Assembly: GCA_002269645.1 (NCBI GenBank)
Contig: NIVC01001511.1
Span: 248,001-312,000, forward strand
Direction of reading: 5' to 3'
Origin: Macrostomum lignano
Taxonomy: Eukaryota
Length of the DNA stretch: 64,000 nt
Below the pieces are notes generated by a model. It was not told the origin of the DNA. It ran no database searches and saw nothing but the letters and a program-made list of their open reading frames with translations. Made by a program: the position numbers and the translations under genes. Of this stretch, positions 24,580-36,400 are shown piece after piece. The stretch's first letter is position 1, and each line of letters starts with the position of its first letter.

Positions 24580-25340
24580 CCTCGCACCGGTCTTGTGGTC
24601 ATTCTACGTGCCGTAGCGACTGGTCGCAGCAACCATAGCTCTCTACCAGGAGACCCTTGCCGCCGTAGTGGCACCTGACGTACTGTCCGACCTGTTCAAC
24701 ACGACCTCAGGGTGCTGCAAGGCGAGGCGACACGCGGCCTACCTTTTCGTGTTGGTGCTCGATGGGGTGCTACGGAGGGCCCTGCCAACAGATGAGGACA
24801 GCTTCCTACTGTGCCTGCAAACAAACAGCCGCCATCTGGAGAAGCGGCTGTCGCTCCTGGGTTACGCCGACGGCCTGGCGCTGCTTGCCTCTACGGCTGA
24901 GGGAGCCCAGCGTATGCTAGACAGCCTTGTGGCAGCTGCGGCATCGGTCGGGCTAGCGGCGAACATCGAGAAGACGGAGGTGATGACTGTACCTGCTGAG
25001 CTGCCTATCAAAATCACCTGCTGGGACGCCCGACGATCGTGCAGCGGCTCTACCTCGTTGCACGCGCTTCACGTACCTCGGCAGTCTTGTGCCCAGTGTC
25101 CAGGAGGACTTGGCGCGACGCAGGGCCTGGCCTGGGTTGCCTTCCGCTCCATCCGAGTTGTCCTGCAGAACGCCGCGCTGCCAGACTGCTGCGACGACCT
25201 AGCGAGACCCTCCGCAGGCAGACTTCAACTGGCGGACCACACCATTCGGCGGAGGCTTACTGTTCTCAACCAGTGCAGGACGTCCTGCTACTCACGATGC
25301 AGGGCCCCTGGTCCCGAGGCTACGGCCGGGCGAGCCGGTG
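24580..25340 (+). pseudogene. Internally deleted RTE-like reverse transcriptase fragment inside the left arm
   Basis: DLFNTTSG..., YLFVLVLDGVLRRAL, LGYADGLALL (YADD to YADG), GL..N.EKTEVM, GLAWVAFRSIRVVLQ; same family as 16776-18150. Confidence 0.85.
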
Positions 25341-25382
25341 TCAATGCTATTATTGCGTGTAATATTGTTCGCAAAATATTAC

Positions 25383-25427
25383 GCGGCAGTAGCTAAATAT
25401 TGGTTGTCAATATTTAGCTACTGCCGC
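25383..25427. other. Perfect 20-bp-stem hairpin (mirror at 45502-45546)
   Basis: GCGGCAGTAGCTAAATATTG-GTTGT-CAATATTTAGCTACTGCCGC. Confidence 0.95.
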
Positions 25428-26210
25428 TGTTTTGCATTACAGCTATATAGTACTTCCGCATGTACTGACGTAACATTGCGCCAATAATTTTACATTGCGT
25501 GGCGCCGAAACCAATCTGCTGCTGAATGCTACTAGCGTAATAGCCGTTTGAATCTCTTGAAATACATTGAAATGCCATGCTGTAGTATTGCTTTTGACAA
25601 TCTAAACGAGACTAGCCAGACTCCTCACTGATCCATATGCTTCTCAAGCAAGGTATATATGGAAAGCAGATTGAGCAGCAAACTTAGTATTTGATCTTTG
25701 GATCACTCATACGAGCTAGAACCAAGGAATGTAGGTCTAAAATTTCAATAAAAGTTCTTGATATAATGGAATGCAATAAATGCCAACCGGGGTCATTTTT
25801 TCAACTTCCACTTTCCCCGAGTTTGACCACTTTCTCTGCTACAGGCTTAAGCTAAACCAACGCAAAATACTAGCCTGAATAAAAAACAACTCACTTCACA
25901 ACATTCACCTTAATCTTTCTTTCTGCCACTGCTTTTGCAATACTCATAAAAATCCTGTGACTTCGCTTCAGAAACATGCTTGAGAAACATATGGCGTCCC
26001 ATTTGAATTGGCGCAAGTCTCTTACATCGTCAAAAGCAATACGTCTGGTGCCAATTATTTGTGCCGATCAAGCTTCCTAGAGAATGCTTTGTTGATAACT
26101 GCATGTCCCTGTCTTGAAGCTTGCACGCTGTGTTTAACCATTATTTTGTCGGTGTACAACGTGCACCCGATCAGACGAATTGGTGGTAAATTCCCTAAAA
26201 TCCTGATAGA

Positions 26211-29067
26211 GGCGGAGCTGTTGGGGAAAAGGCTGCAAGCAGCGGAACTGTTGGGGGGAGAGGCGGTAGACAGCGGAGCTGTTGGGGGAGCCGCGGTGGG
26301 CAGCGGAGCTGTTGGGGGAGTGGCGTCATGCAGCGGAGCTGTTGGAGGAGTGGCGTCAAGCAGCGGAGCTGTTGGGGGAGTGGCGTCAAGCATTGGAGCT
26401 GTTGGGGGAGTGGCGTCATGCAGCGGAGCTGTTGGGGGAGTGGCGTCATGCAGCGGAGGTGTTGGGGGAGTGGCGTCAAGCATTGGAGCTGTTGGGGGAG
26501 TGGCGTCAAGCAGCGGAGCTGTTGGGGGAGCCGCGGTGGGCAGCGGAGCTGTTGGGGGAGTGGCGTCATGCAGCGGAGCTGTTGGGGGAGTGGCGTCAAG
26601 CAGCGGAGCTGTTGGGGGAGTGGCGTCAAGCAGCGGAACTGTTGGGGGAGCTGCGGTGGGCAGCGGAGCTGTTGGAGGAGTGGCGTCAAGCAGCGGAGCT
26701 GTTGGGGGAGTGGCGTCATGCAGCGGAACTGTTGGGGGAGTGGCGTCAAGCAGCGGAACTGTTGGGGGAGTGGCGTCAAGCAGCGGAGGTGTTGGGGGAG
26801 TGGCGTCAAGCATTGGAGCTGTTGGGGGAGTGGCGTCAAGCAGCGGAGCTGTTGGGGGAGCCGCGGTGGGCAGGGAGCTGTTGGGGGAGTGGCGTCATGC
26901 AGCGGAGCTGTTGGGGGAGTGGCGTCAAGCAGCGGAGCTGTTGGGGGAGCCGCGGTGGGCAGCGGAGCTGTTGAGGGAGTGGCGTCAAGCAGCGGAGCTG
27001 TTGGGGGAGTGGCGTCAAGCAGCGGAGCTGTTGGGGGAGCCGCGGTGGGCAGCGGAGCTGTTGGGGGAGTGGCGTCAAGCAGCGGAGCTGTTGGGGGAGT
27101 GGCGTCATGCAGCGGAGGTGTTGGGGGAGTGGCGTCAAGCAGCGGAGCTGTTGGGGGAGCCGCGGTGGGCAGCGGAGCTGTTGGGGGAGTGGCGTCAAGC
27201 AGCGGAGCTGTTGGGGGAGCCGCGGTGGGCAGCGAAGCTGTTGGGGAAACCGCGGTGGGCAGCGGAGCTGTTTGGGGGAGCCGCGGTGGGCAGCGGAGCT
27301 GTTGGGGGAGCCGCGGTGGGCAGCGGAGCTGTTGGGGGAGCCGCGGTGGGCAGCGGAGCTGTTTGGGGGAGTGGCGTCAAGCATCGGAGCTGTTGGGGGA
27401 GTGGCGTCAAGCAGCGGAGCTGTTGGGGGAGCCGCGGTGGGCAGCGGAGCTGTTTGAGGAGTGGCGTCAAGCAGCGGAACTGTTGGGGGAGTGGCGTCAA
27501 GCGGTGGAGCTGTTGGGGGAGTGGCGTCAAGCAGCGGAGCTGTTGGGGGAGCCGCGGTGGGCAGCGGAGCTGTTGGGGGAGCCGCGGTGGGCAGCGGTGC
27601 GGTTGGGGGAGCCGCGGTGGGCAGCGGAGCTGTTTGGGGGAGTGGCGTCAAGCATCGGAGCTGTTGGGGGAGTGGCGTCAAGCAGCGGAACTGTTGGGGG
27701 AGCCGCGGTGGGCAGCGGAGCTGTTGGAGGAGTGGCGTCAAGCAGCGAAACTGTTGGGGGAGTGGCGTCAAGCGGCGGAGCTGTTGGGGGAGTGGCGTCA
27801 AGCAGCGGAGCTGTTGGGGGAGTGGCGTCAAGCAGCGGAGCTGTTGGGGGAGTGGCGTCAAGCAGCGGAACTGTTGGGGGAGTGGCGTCAAGCAGCGGAG
27901 CTGTTGGGGGAGCCGCGGTGGGCAGCGGAGCTGTTGGGGGAGTGGCGTCATGCAGCGGAGCTGTTGGGGGAGTGGCGTCAAGCAGCGGAGCTGTTGGGGG
28001 AGTGGCGTCTTGCAGCGGAGCTGTTGGGGGAGTGGCGTCAAGCAGCGGAACTGTTGGGGGAGCCGCGGTGGGCAGCGGAGCTGTTGGGGGAGCCGCGGTG
28101 GGCAGCGGAGCTGTTTGGGGGAGCCGCGGTGGGCAGCGGAGCTGTTGGGGGAGCCGCGGTGGGCAGCGGAGCTGTTGGGGGAGCCGCGGTGGGCAGCGGA
28201 GCTGTTGGGGAAGAGGCTGCAAGCAGCGGAACTGTTGGGGGGGGAGTGGCGTCATGCAGCGGAGCTGTTGGGGAGTGGCGTCAAGCAGCGGAGCTGTTGG
28301 GGGAGTGGCGTCATGCAGCGGAACTGTTGGGGGAGTGGCGTCATGCAGCGGAACTGTTGGGGGAGCCGCGGTGGGCAGCGGAGCTGTTGGGGGAGCCGCG
28401 GTGGGCAGCGGAGCTGTTTGGGGAGCCGCGGTGGGCAGCGGAGCTGTGGGGGAGCCGCGGTGGGCAGCGGAGCTGTTGGGGGAGTGGCGTCATGCAGCGG
28501 TGTTGGGGAGTGGCGTCATGCAGCGGTGTTGGGGAGTGGCGTCATGCAGCGGAGCTTTTGGGGGAGTGGCGTCAAGCAGCGGAGCTGTTGGGGAGCCGCG
28601 GTGGGCAGCGGAGCTGTTGGGGAGCCGCGGTGGGCAGCGGAGCTGTTTGGGGGAGCCGCGGTGGGCAGCGGAGCTGTTGGGGGAGCCGCGGTGGGCAGCG
28701 GAGCTGTTGGGGAGTGGCGTCAAGCAGCGGAACTGTTGGGGGAGCCGCGGTGGGCAGCGGAGCTGTTGGGGGAGTGGCGTCAAGCAGCGGAGCTGTTGGG
28801 GGAGTGGCGTCAAGCAGCGGAACTGTTGGGGGAGCCGCGGTGGGCAGCGGAGCTGTTGGGGGAGTGGCGTCATGCAGCGGAGCTGTTGGGGGAGTGGCGT
28901 CATGCAGCGGAGCTGTTGGGGGAGCCGCGGTGGGCAGCGGAGCTGTTGGGGGGAGTGATGTCAAGCAGCGGAACTGTTGGGGGAGCCGCGGTGGGCAGCG
29001 GAGCTGTTGGGGGAGCCGCGGAGGGCAGCGGAGCTGTTGGGGGAGCCGCGGTGGGCAGCGGAGCTGT
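26211..29067 (+). repeat. 30-bp GC-rich satellite array, G-rich strand on +, about 95 units
   Basis: Constant 20-mer CAGCGGAGCTGTTGGGGGAG plus a 10-mer that is TGGCGTCAAG (A), TGGCGTCATG (A') or CCGCGGTGGG (B). Confidence 0.98.
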
Positions 29068-29340
29068 AATATCTGGGTTTAAGTATGTTATTCTAATGTA
29101 CCTGGTAATTCGCTGCCTGTCAGCCGCGATGGATCTACAGGGAGCGGAGATTATTTATCCACCGGAGATAAACTCGCGCTAAATACGAGTATATACTCGT
29201 ATATTGCATTGCACTGATACCAAATAAAGGAGGCTGTTGTCTATGGTAGCGGATCGGAGATAAGCTACTGATAACCGCCGCAGGACATCTATAATTAGCC
29301 ATTGCAATTATTATTTCTGCCGCCAGTATTATATTACACA

Positions 29341-29587
29341 CTCAACAACATGTTAAAGTTTCCACCCTGAAACCACTGGTCAACAAATTGCAGCTTTAGT
29401 CCAACTCCTAGGCCATAAATCTCCACTCCCTCCTCACCAGCCTAAGCTGGGGCCTTTGTGACGCAAATTGCATCATCCACTGTTAAGAAGAGAACCGCGG
29501 GCGTGGTGTGAGTTGCGTCACCTTGAGCCGAGATCTGAGAACAGTTGACCACTGGCTTCGGGGTGGAAACTTTAACATGTTGCTGAG
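29341..29587. mobile_element. Small MITE-like element (44-bp imperfect TIR) in the central spacer
   Basis: CTCAACAACATGTTAAAGTTTCCACCCTGAAACCACTGGTCAAC (29341-29384) versus its near reverse complement at 29544-29587. Confidence 0.65.
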
Positions 29588-30409
29588 TGTAGCTATTGCT
29601 AGTTATATACGAGTAGAACTCCTTGGTATAGACAGGCGAATAGGCAGAATGAATGAATGAATTTAACGATTCATGCCTTACTTCCTTGGCTATTTCTTTA
29701 ACAGTGGAATGGCCAAAACTCACTAAAATGAGGCCTGATAATTCAAAACGAGACCTGGGGACCCAGAGTAGAGCCACTCGTCAATTTTTTACTTGAAGCT
29801 GAAAATGAAAGACATCGCCCTTGGGCAGTCCAGCCCTTCAGATTTTTCAGATTTCCATCTGATTTTCAGATTTTCCAGCAGTCAAAGGTTGAAATTCATG
29901 TCAAGGTTTTGATATCCACTTCTTCCATGTTGAAAATTGAATACTGAAGCACTCGACTCGCTCAGCAAATTCACCCTACCCCTTCATTTTGCTCCTATAA
30001 AATACACTAGCTACTGTAGTATTGTGTTGCCGGTTTTTATTCAGTTTATGACAGAAAGGGCTCTCTCTCTCTCTCTGCCTACCCTTCAACTCGTAATATC
30101 TGTGGAGTAAGTATATTTCTCATTTATTGTGTTTGAAGAAACTTACGGCACGCGCGAAGCGTCGAGCTGTCGCGAGAGAGGGGGGCTCTGCAGTCCCAGT
30201 CCCGACCCCCGATCAAACGCCTTAGCGTAGGTTTTCAACAATTGATTGCTGCAATTTGACTGCAGTCAATTTGTCTGGCGACTAAATGAACTCTTAAAAT
30301 TAACACCTCAAGACTCGAAACGCGGCACTCGATCGTTTCGAATCATTTTCTAATTTTCTGCTTAAACCTATTTCTGCCGCCATGACAACTCTCAAAGCTC
30401 CGGCCCATC

Positions 30410-33400
30410 CCGCCTCCCACAACAGTTCCGCTGCCTGCCGCCTCTCCCCCAACACTTCGAAGCAGCTCCGCTGCTTGACGCCACTCCCCCAACAGCTCCG
30501 CTGCTTGACGCCACTCCCCCAACAGTTCCGCTGCTTGACGCCACTCCCCCAACAGCTCCGCTGCTTGACGCCATTCCCCCAACAGCTCCGCTGCTTGACG
30601 CCACTCCCCCAACAGTTCCGCTGCTTGACGCCACTCCCCCAACAGCTCCGCTGCTTGACGCCACTCCCCCAACAGCTCCGCTGCCCACCGCGGCTCCCCC
30701 AACAGCTCCGCTGCCCTCCGCGGCTCCCCCAACAGCTCCGCTGCTTGACGCCACTCGCCCAACAGCTCCGCTGCCCTCCGCGGCTCCCCCAACAGCTCCG
30801 CTGCTTGACGCCACTCGCCCAACAGCTCCGCTGCCCTCCGCGGCTCCCCCAACAGTTCCGCTGCTTGACGCCACTCCCCCAACAGCTCCGCTGCATGACG
30901 CAACTCCCCCAACAGCTCCGCTGCATGACACCACTCCCCCAACAGCTCCGCTGCTTGACGCCACTCCCCCAACAGCTCCGCTGCCCACCGCGGCTCCCCC
31001 AACAGCTCCGCTGCCCACCGCGGCTCCCCCAACAGTTCCGCTGCGTGACGCCACTCCCCCAACAGCTCCGATGCTTGACGCCACTCCCCCAAACAGCTCC
31101 GCTGCCCACCGCGGTTTCCCCAACAGCTCCGCTGCCCACCGCGGCTCCCCCAACAGTTCCGCTGCTTGACGCCACTCCCCCAACAGCTCCGCTGCCCACC
31201 GCGGCTCCCCCAACAGCTCCGCTGCCCACCGCGGCTCCCTTAACAGTTCCGCTGCGTGACGCCACTCCCCCAACAGCTCCGATGCTTGACGCCACTCCCC
31301 CAAACAGCTCCGCTGCCCACCGCGGTTTCCCCAACAGCTCCGCTGCCCACCGCGGCTCCCCCAACAGTTCCGCTGCTTGACGCCACTCCCCCAACAGCTC
31401 CGCTGCTTGACGCCACTCCCCTAACAGCTCCGCTGCCTACCGCGGCGCCCCCAACAGCTCCGCTGCTTGACGCCACTCCCCCAACAGCTCCGCTGCATGA
31501 CGCAACTCCCCCAACAGCTCCGCTGCATGACACCACTCCCCCAACAGCTCCGCTGCTTGACGCCACTCCCCCAACAGCTCCGCTGCCCACCGCGGCTCCC
31601 CCAACAGCTCCGCTGCCCACCGCGGCTCCCCCAACAGTTCCGCTGCGTGACGCCACTCCCCCAACAGCTCCGATGCTTGACGCCACTCCCCCAAACAGCT
31701 CCGCTGCCCACCGCGGTTTCCCCAACAGCTCCGCTGCCCACCGCGGCTCCCCCAACAGTTCCGCTGCTTGACGCCACTCCCCCAACAGCTCCGCTGCTTG
31801 ACGCCACTCCCCTAACAGCTCCGCTGCCTACCGCGGCGCCCCCAACAGCTCCGCTGCTTGACGCCACTCCCCCAACAGCTCCGCTGCTTGACGCCACTCC
31901 CCCAACAGCTCCGCTGCTTGACGCCACTCCCCCAACAGCTCCGCTGCCCACCGCGGCTCCCCCAACAGCTCCGCTGCTTGACGCCACTCCCCAACAGCTC
32001 CGCTGCTTGACGCCACTCCCCAACAGCTCCGCTGCCCACCGCGGCTCCCCCAACAGCTCCACTGCCCACCGCGGCTCCCCCAACAGCTCCGCTGCCCACC
32101 GCGGCTCCCCCAACAGCTCCGCTGCTTGACGCCACTCCCCCAACAGTTCCGCTGCTTGACGCCACTCCTCAAACAGCTCCGCTGCCCACCGCGGCTCCCC
32201 CAACAGCTCCGCTGCTTGACGCCACTCCCCCAACAGCTCCGATGCTTGACGCCACTCCCCCAAACAGCTCCGCTGCCCACCGCGGCTCCCCCAACAGCTC
32301 CGCTGCCCACCGCGGCTCCCCCAACAGCTCCGCTGCCCACCGCGGCTCCCCCAAACAGCTCCGCTGCCCACCGCGGCTCCCCCAACAGCTTCGCTGCCCA
32401 CCGCGGCTCCCCCAACAGCTCCGCTGCTTGACGCCACTCCCCCAACAGCTCCGCTGCCCACCGCGGCTCCCCCAACAGCTCCGCTGCTTGACGCCACTCC
32501 CCCAACACCTCCGCTGATTAACGCCACTCCCCCAACAGCTCCGCTGCATGACGCCACTCCCCCAACAGCTCCGCTGCTTGACGCCACTCCCCCAACAGCT
32601 CCGCTGCCCACCGCGGCTCCCCCAACAGCTCCGCTGCCCACCGCGGCTCCCCCAACAGTTCCGCTGCTTGACGCTACTCCCCCAACAGCTCCGATGCTTG
32701 ACGCCACTCCCCCAAACAGCTCCGCTGCTTGACGCCACTCCCCCAACAGCTCCGCTGCCCACCGCGGCTCCCCCAACAGCTCCGCTGCTTGACGCCACTC
32801 CCCCAACACCTCCGCTGCATGACGCCACTCCCCAACAGCTCCGCTGCATGACGCAACTCCCCCAAAAGCTCCGCTGCATGACACCACTCCCCCAACAGCT
32901 CCGCTGCTTGACGCCACTCCCCCAACAGCTCCGCTGCCCACCGCGGCTCCCCCAACAGCTCCGCTGCCCACCGCGGCTCCCCCAACAGTTCCGCTGCGTG
33001 ACGCCACTCCCAACAGCTCCGATGCTTGACGCCACTCCCCCAAACAGCTCCGCTGCCCACCGCGGCTCCCCCAACAGCTCCGCTGCCCACCGCGGCTCCC
33101 CCAACAGTTCCGCTGCTTGACGCCACTCCCCCAACAGCTCCGCTGCTTGACGCCACTCCCCTAACAGCTCCGCTGCCTACCGCGGCGCCCCCAACAGCTC
33201 CGCTGCTTGACGCCACTCCCCCAACAGCTCCGCTGCTTGACGCCACTCCCCCAACAGCTCCGCTGCTTGACGCCACTCCCCCAACAGCTCCGCTGCCCAC
33301 CGCGGCTCCCCCAACAGCTCCGCTGCTTGACGCCACTCCCCCAACACCTCCGCTGATTAACGCCACTCCCCCAACAGCTCCGCTGCATGACGCCACTCCC

Positions 33401-36400
33401 CCAACAGCTCCGCTGCTTGACGCCACTCCCCCAACAGCTCCGCTGCCCACCGCGGCTCCCCCAACAGCTCCGCTGCCCACCGCGGCTCCCCCAACAGTTC
33501 CGCTGCTTGACGCTACTCCCCCAACAGCTCCGATGCTTGACGCCACTCCCCCAAACAGCTCCGCTGCTTGACGCCACTCCCCCAACAGCTCCGCTGCCCA
33601 CCGCGGCTCCCCCAACAGCTCCGCTGCTTGACGCCACTCCCCCAACACCTCCGCTGCATGACGCCACTCCCCCAACAGCTCCGCTGCATGACGCAACTCC
33701 CCCAAAAGCTCCGCTGCATGACACCACTCCCCCAACAGCTCCGCTGCTTGACGCCACTCCCCCAACAGCTCCGCTGCCCACCGCGGCTCCCCCAACAGCT
33801 CCGCTGCCCACCGCGGCTCCCCCAACAGTTCCGCTGCGTGACGCCACTCCCCCAACAGCTCCGATGCTTGACGCCACTCCCCCAAACAGCTCCGCTGCCC
33901 ACCGCGGCTCCCCCAACAGCTCCGCTGCCCACCGCGGCTCCCCCAACAGTTCCGCTGCTTGACGCCACTCCCCCAACAGCTCCGCTGCTTGACGCCACTC
34001 CCCTAACAGCTCCGCTGCCCACCGCGGCGCCCCCAACAGCTCCGCTGCTTGACGCCACTCCCCCAACAGCTCCGCTGCTTGACGCCACTCCCCCAACAGC
34101 TCCGCTGCTTGACGCCACTCCCCCAACAGCTCCGCTGCCCACCGCGGCTCCCCCAACAGCTCCGCTGCTTGACGCCACTCCCCCAACAGCTCCGCTGCTT
34201 GACGCCACTCCCCCAACAGCTCCGCTGCTTGACGCCACTCCCCCAACAGCTCCGCTGCCCACCGCGGCTCCCCCAACAGCTCCACTGCCCACCGCGGCTC
34301 CCCCAACAGCTCCGCTGCCCACCGCGGCTCCCCAACAGCTCCGCTGCTTGACGCCACTCCCCAACAGCTCCAATGCTTGACGCCACTCCCCCAACACCTC
34401 CGCTGCATGACGCCACTCCCCCAACAGCTCCGCTGCATGACGCCACTCCCCCAACAGCTCCAATGCTTGACGCCACTCCCCCAACAGCTCCGCTGCTTGA
34501 CGCCACTCCTCCAACAGCTCCGCTGCATGACGCCACTCCCCCAACAGCTCCGCTGCCCACCGCGGCTCCCCCAACAGCTCCGCTGTCTACCGCCTCTCCC
34601 CCCCAACAGTTCCGCTGCTTGCAGCCTTTTCCCCAACAGCTCCACCGCTTGACGCCACTCCCCCAACAGTTCCGCTGCTTGACGCCACTCCTCAAACAGC
34701 TCCGCTGCCCACCGCGGCTCCCCCAACAGCTCCGCTGCTTGACGCCACTCCCCCAACAGCTCCGATGCTTGACGCCACTCCCCCAAACAGCTCCGCTGCC
34801 CACCGCGGCTCCCCCAACAGCTCCGCTGCCCACCGCGGCTCCCCCAAACAGCTCCGCTGCCCACCGCGGTTTCCCCAACAGCTTCGCTGCCCACCGCGGC
34901 TCCCCCAACAGCTCCGCTGCTTGACGCCACTCCCCCAACAGCTCCGCTGCCCACCGCGGCTCCCCCAACAGCTCCGCTGCTTGACGCACTCCCCCAACAC
35001 CTCCGCTGCATAACGCCACTCCCCAACAGCTCCGCTGCATGACGCCACTCCCCAACAGCTCCGCTGCTTGACGCCACTCCCCCAACAGCTCCGCTGCCCA
35101 CCGCGGCTCCCCCAACAGCTCCGCTGCCCACCGCGGCTCCCCCAACAGTTCCGCTGCTTGACGCTACTCCCCCAACAGCTCCGATGCTTGACGCCACTCC
35201 CCCAAACAGCTCCGCTGCTTGACGCCACTCCCCGGACAGCTCCGCTGCCCACCGCGGCTCCCCCAACAGCTCCGCTGCTTGACGCCACTCCCCCAACACC
35301 TCCGCTGCATGACGCCACTCCCCCAACAGCTCCGCTGCTTGACGCCACTCCCCCAACAGCTCCGCTGCTTGACGCCACTCCCCCAACAGCTCCGCTGCCC
35401 ACCGCGGCTCCCCCAACAGCTCCGCTGCCCACCGCGGCTCCCCAACAGTTCCGCTGCTTGACGCTACTCCCCCAACAGCTCCGATGCTTGACGCCACTCC
35501 CCAAACAGCTCCGCTGCTTGACGCCACTCCCCCAACAGCTCCGCTGCCCACGCGGCTCCCCCAACAGCTCCGCTGCTTGACGCCACTCCCCCAACACCTC
35601 CGCTGCATGACGCCACTCCCCCAACAGCTCCGCTACATGACGCAACTCCCCCAACAGCTCCGCTGCATGACACCACTCCCCCAACAGCTCCGCTGCTTGA
35701 CGCCACTCCCCCAACAGCTCCGCTGCCCACCGCGGCTCCCCCAACAGCTCCGCTGCCCACCGCGGCTCCCCCAACAGTTCCGCTGCGTGACGCCACTCCC
35801 CCAACAGCTCCGATGCTTGACGCCACTCCCCCAAACAGCTCCGCTGCCCACCGCGGTTTCCCCAACAGCTCCGCTGCCCACCGCGGCTCCCCCAACAGTT
35901 CCGCTGCTTGACGCCACTCCCCCAACAGCTCCGCTGCCTACCGCGGCGCCCCCAACAGCTCCGCTGCTTGACGCCACTCCCCCAACAGCTCCGCTGCTTG
36001 ACGCCACTCCCCCAACAGCTCCGCTGCTTGACGCCACTCCCCCAACAGCTCCGCTGCCCACCGCGGCTCCCCAACAGCTCCGCTGCTTGACGCCACTCCC
36101 CCAACAGCTCCGCTGCTTGACGCCACTCCCCAACAGCTCCGCTGCTTGACGCCACTCCCCCAACAGCTCGCTGCCCACCGCGGCTCCCCAACAGCTCCAC
36201 TGCCCACCGCGGCTCCCCAACAGCTCCGCTGCCCACCGCGGCTCCCCCAACAGCTCCGCTGCTTGACGCCACTCCCCCAACAGCTCCACCGCTTGACGCC
36301 ACTCCCCCAACAGTTCCGCTGCTTGACGCCACTCTCAAACAGCTCCGCTGCCCACCGCGGCTCCCCCAACAGCTCCGCTGCTTGACGCCACTCCCCAACA

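Noticed and set aside
26280-26310. B unit CCGCGGTGGGCAG resembles the CTCF consensus CCGCGnGGnGGCAG; A unit TGACGCCA resembles a CRE site
   Set aside because: The CTCF match is one base short in spacing and such matches are expected in GC-rich repeats; no functional evidence.
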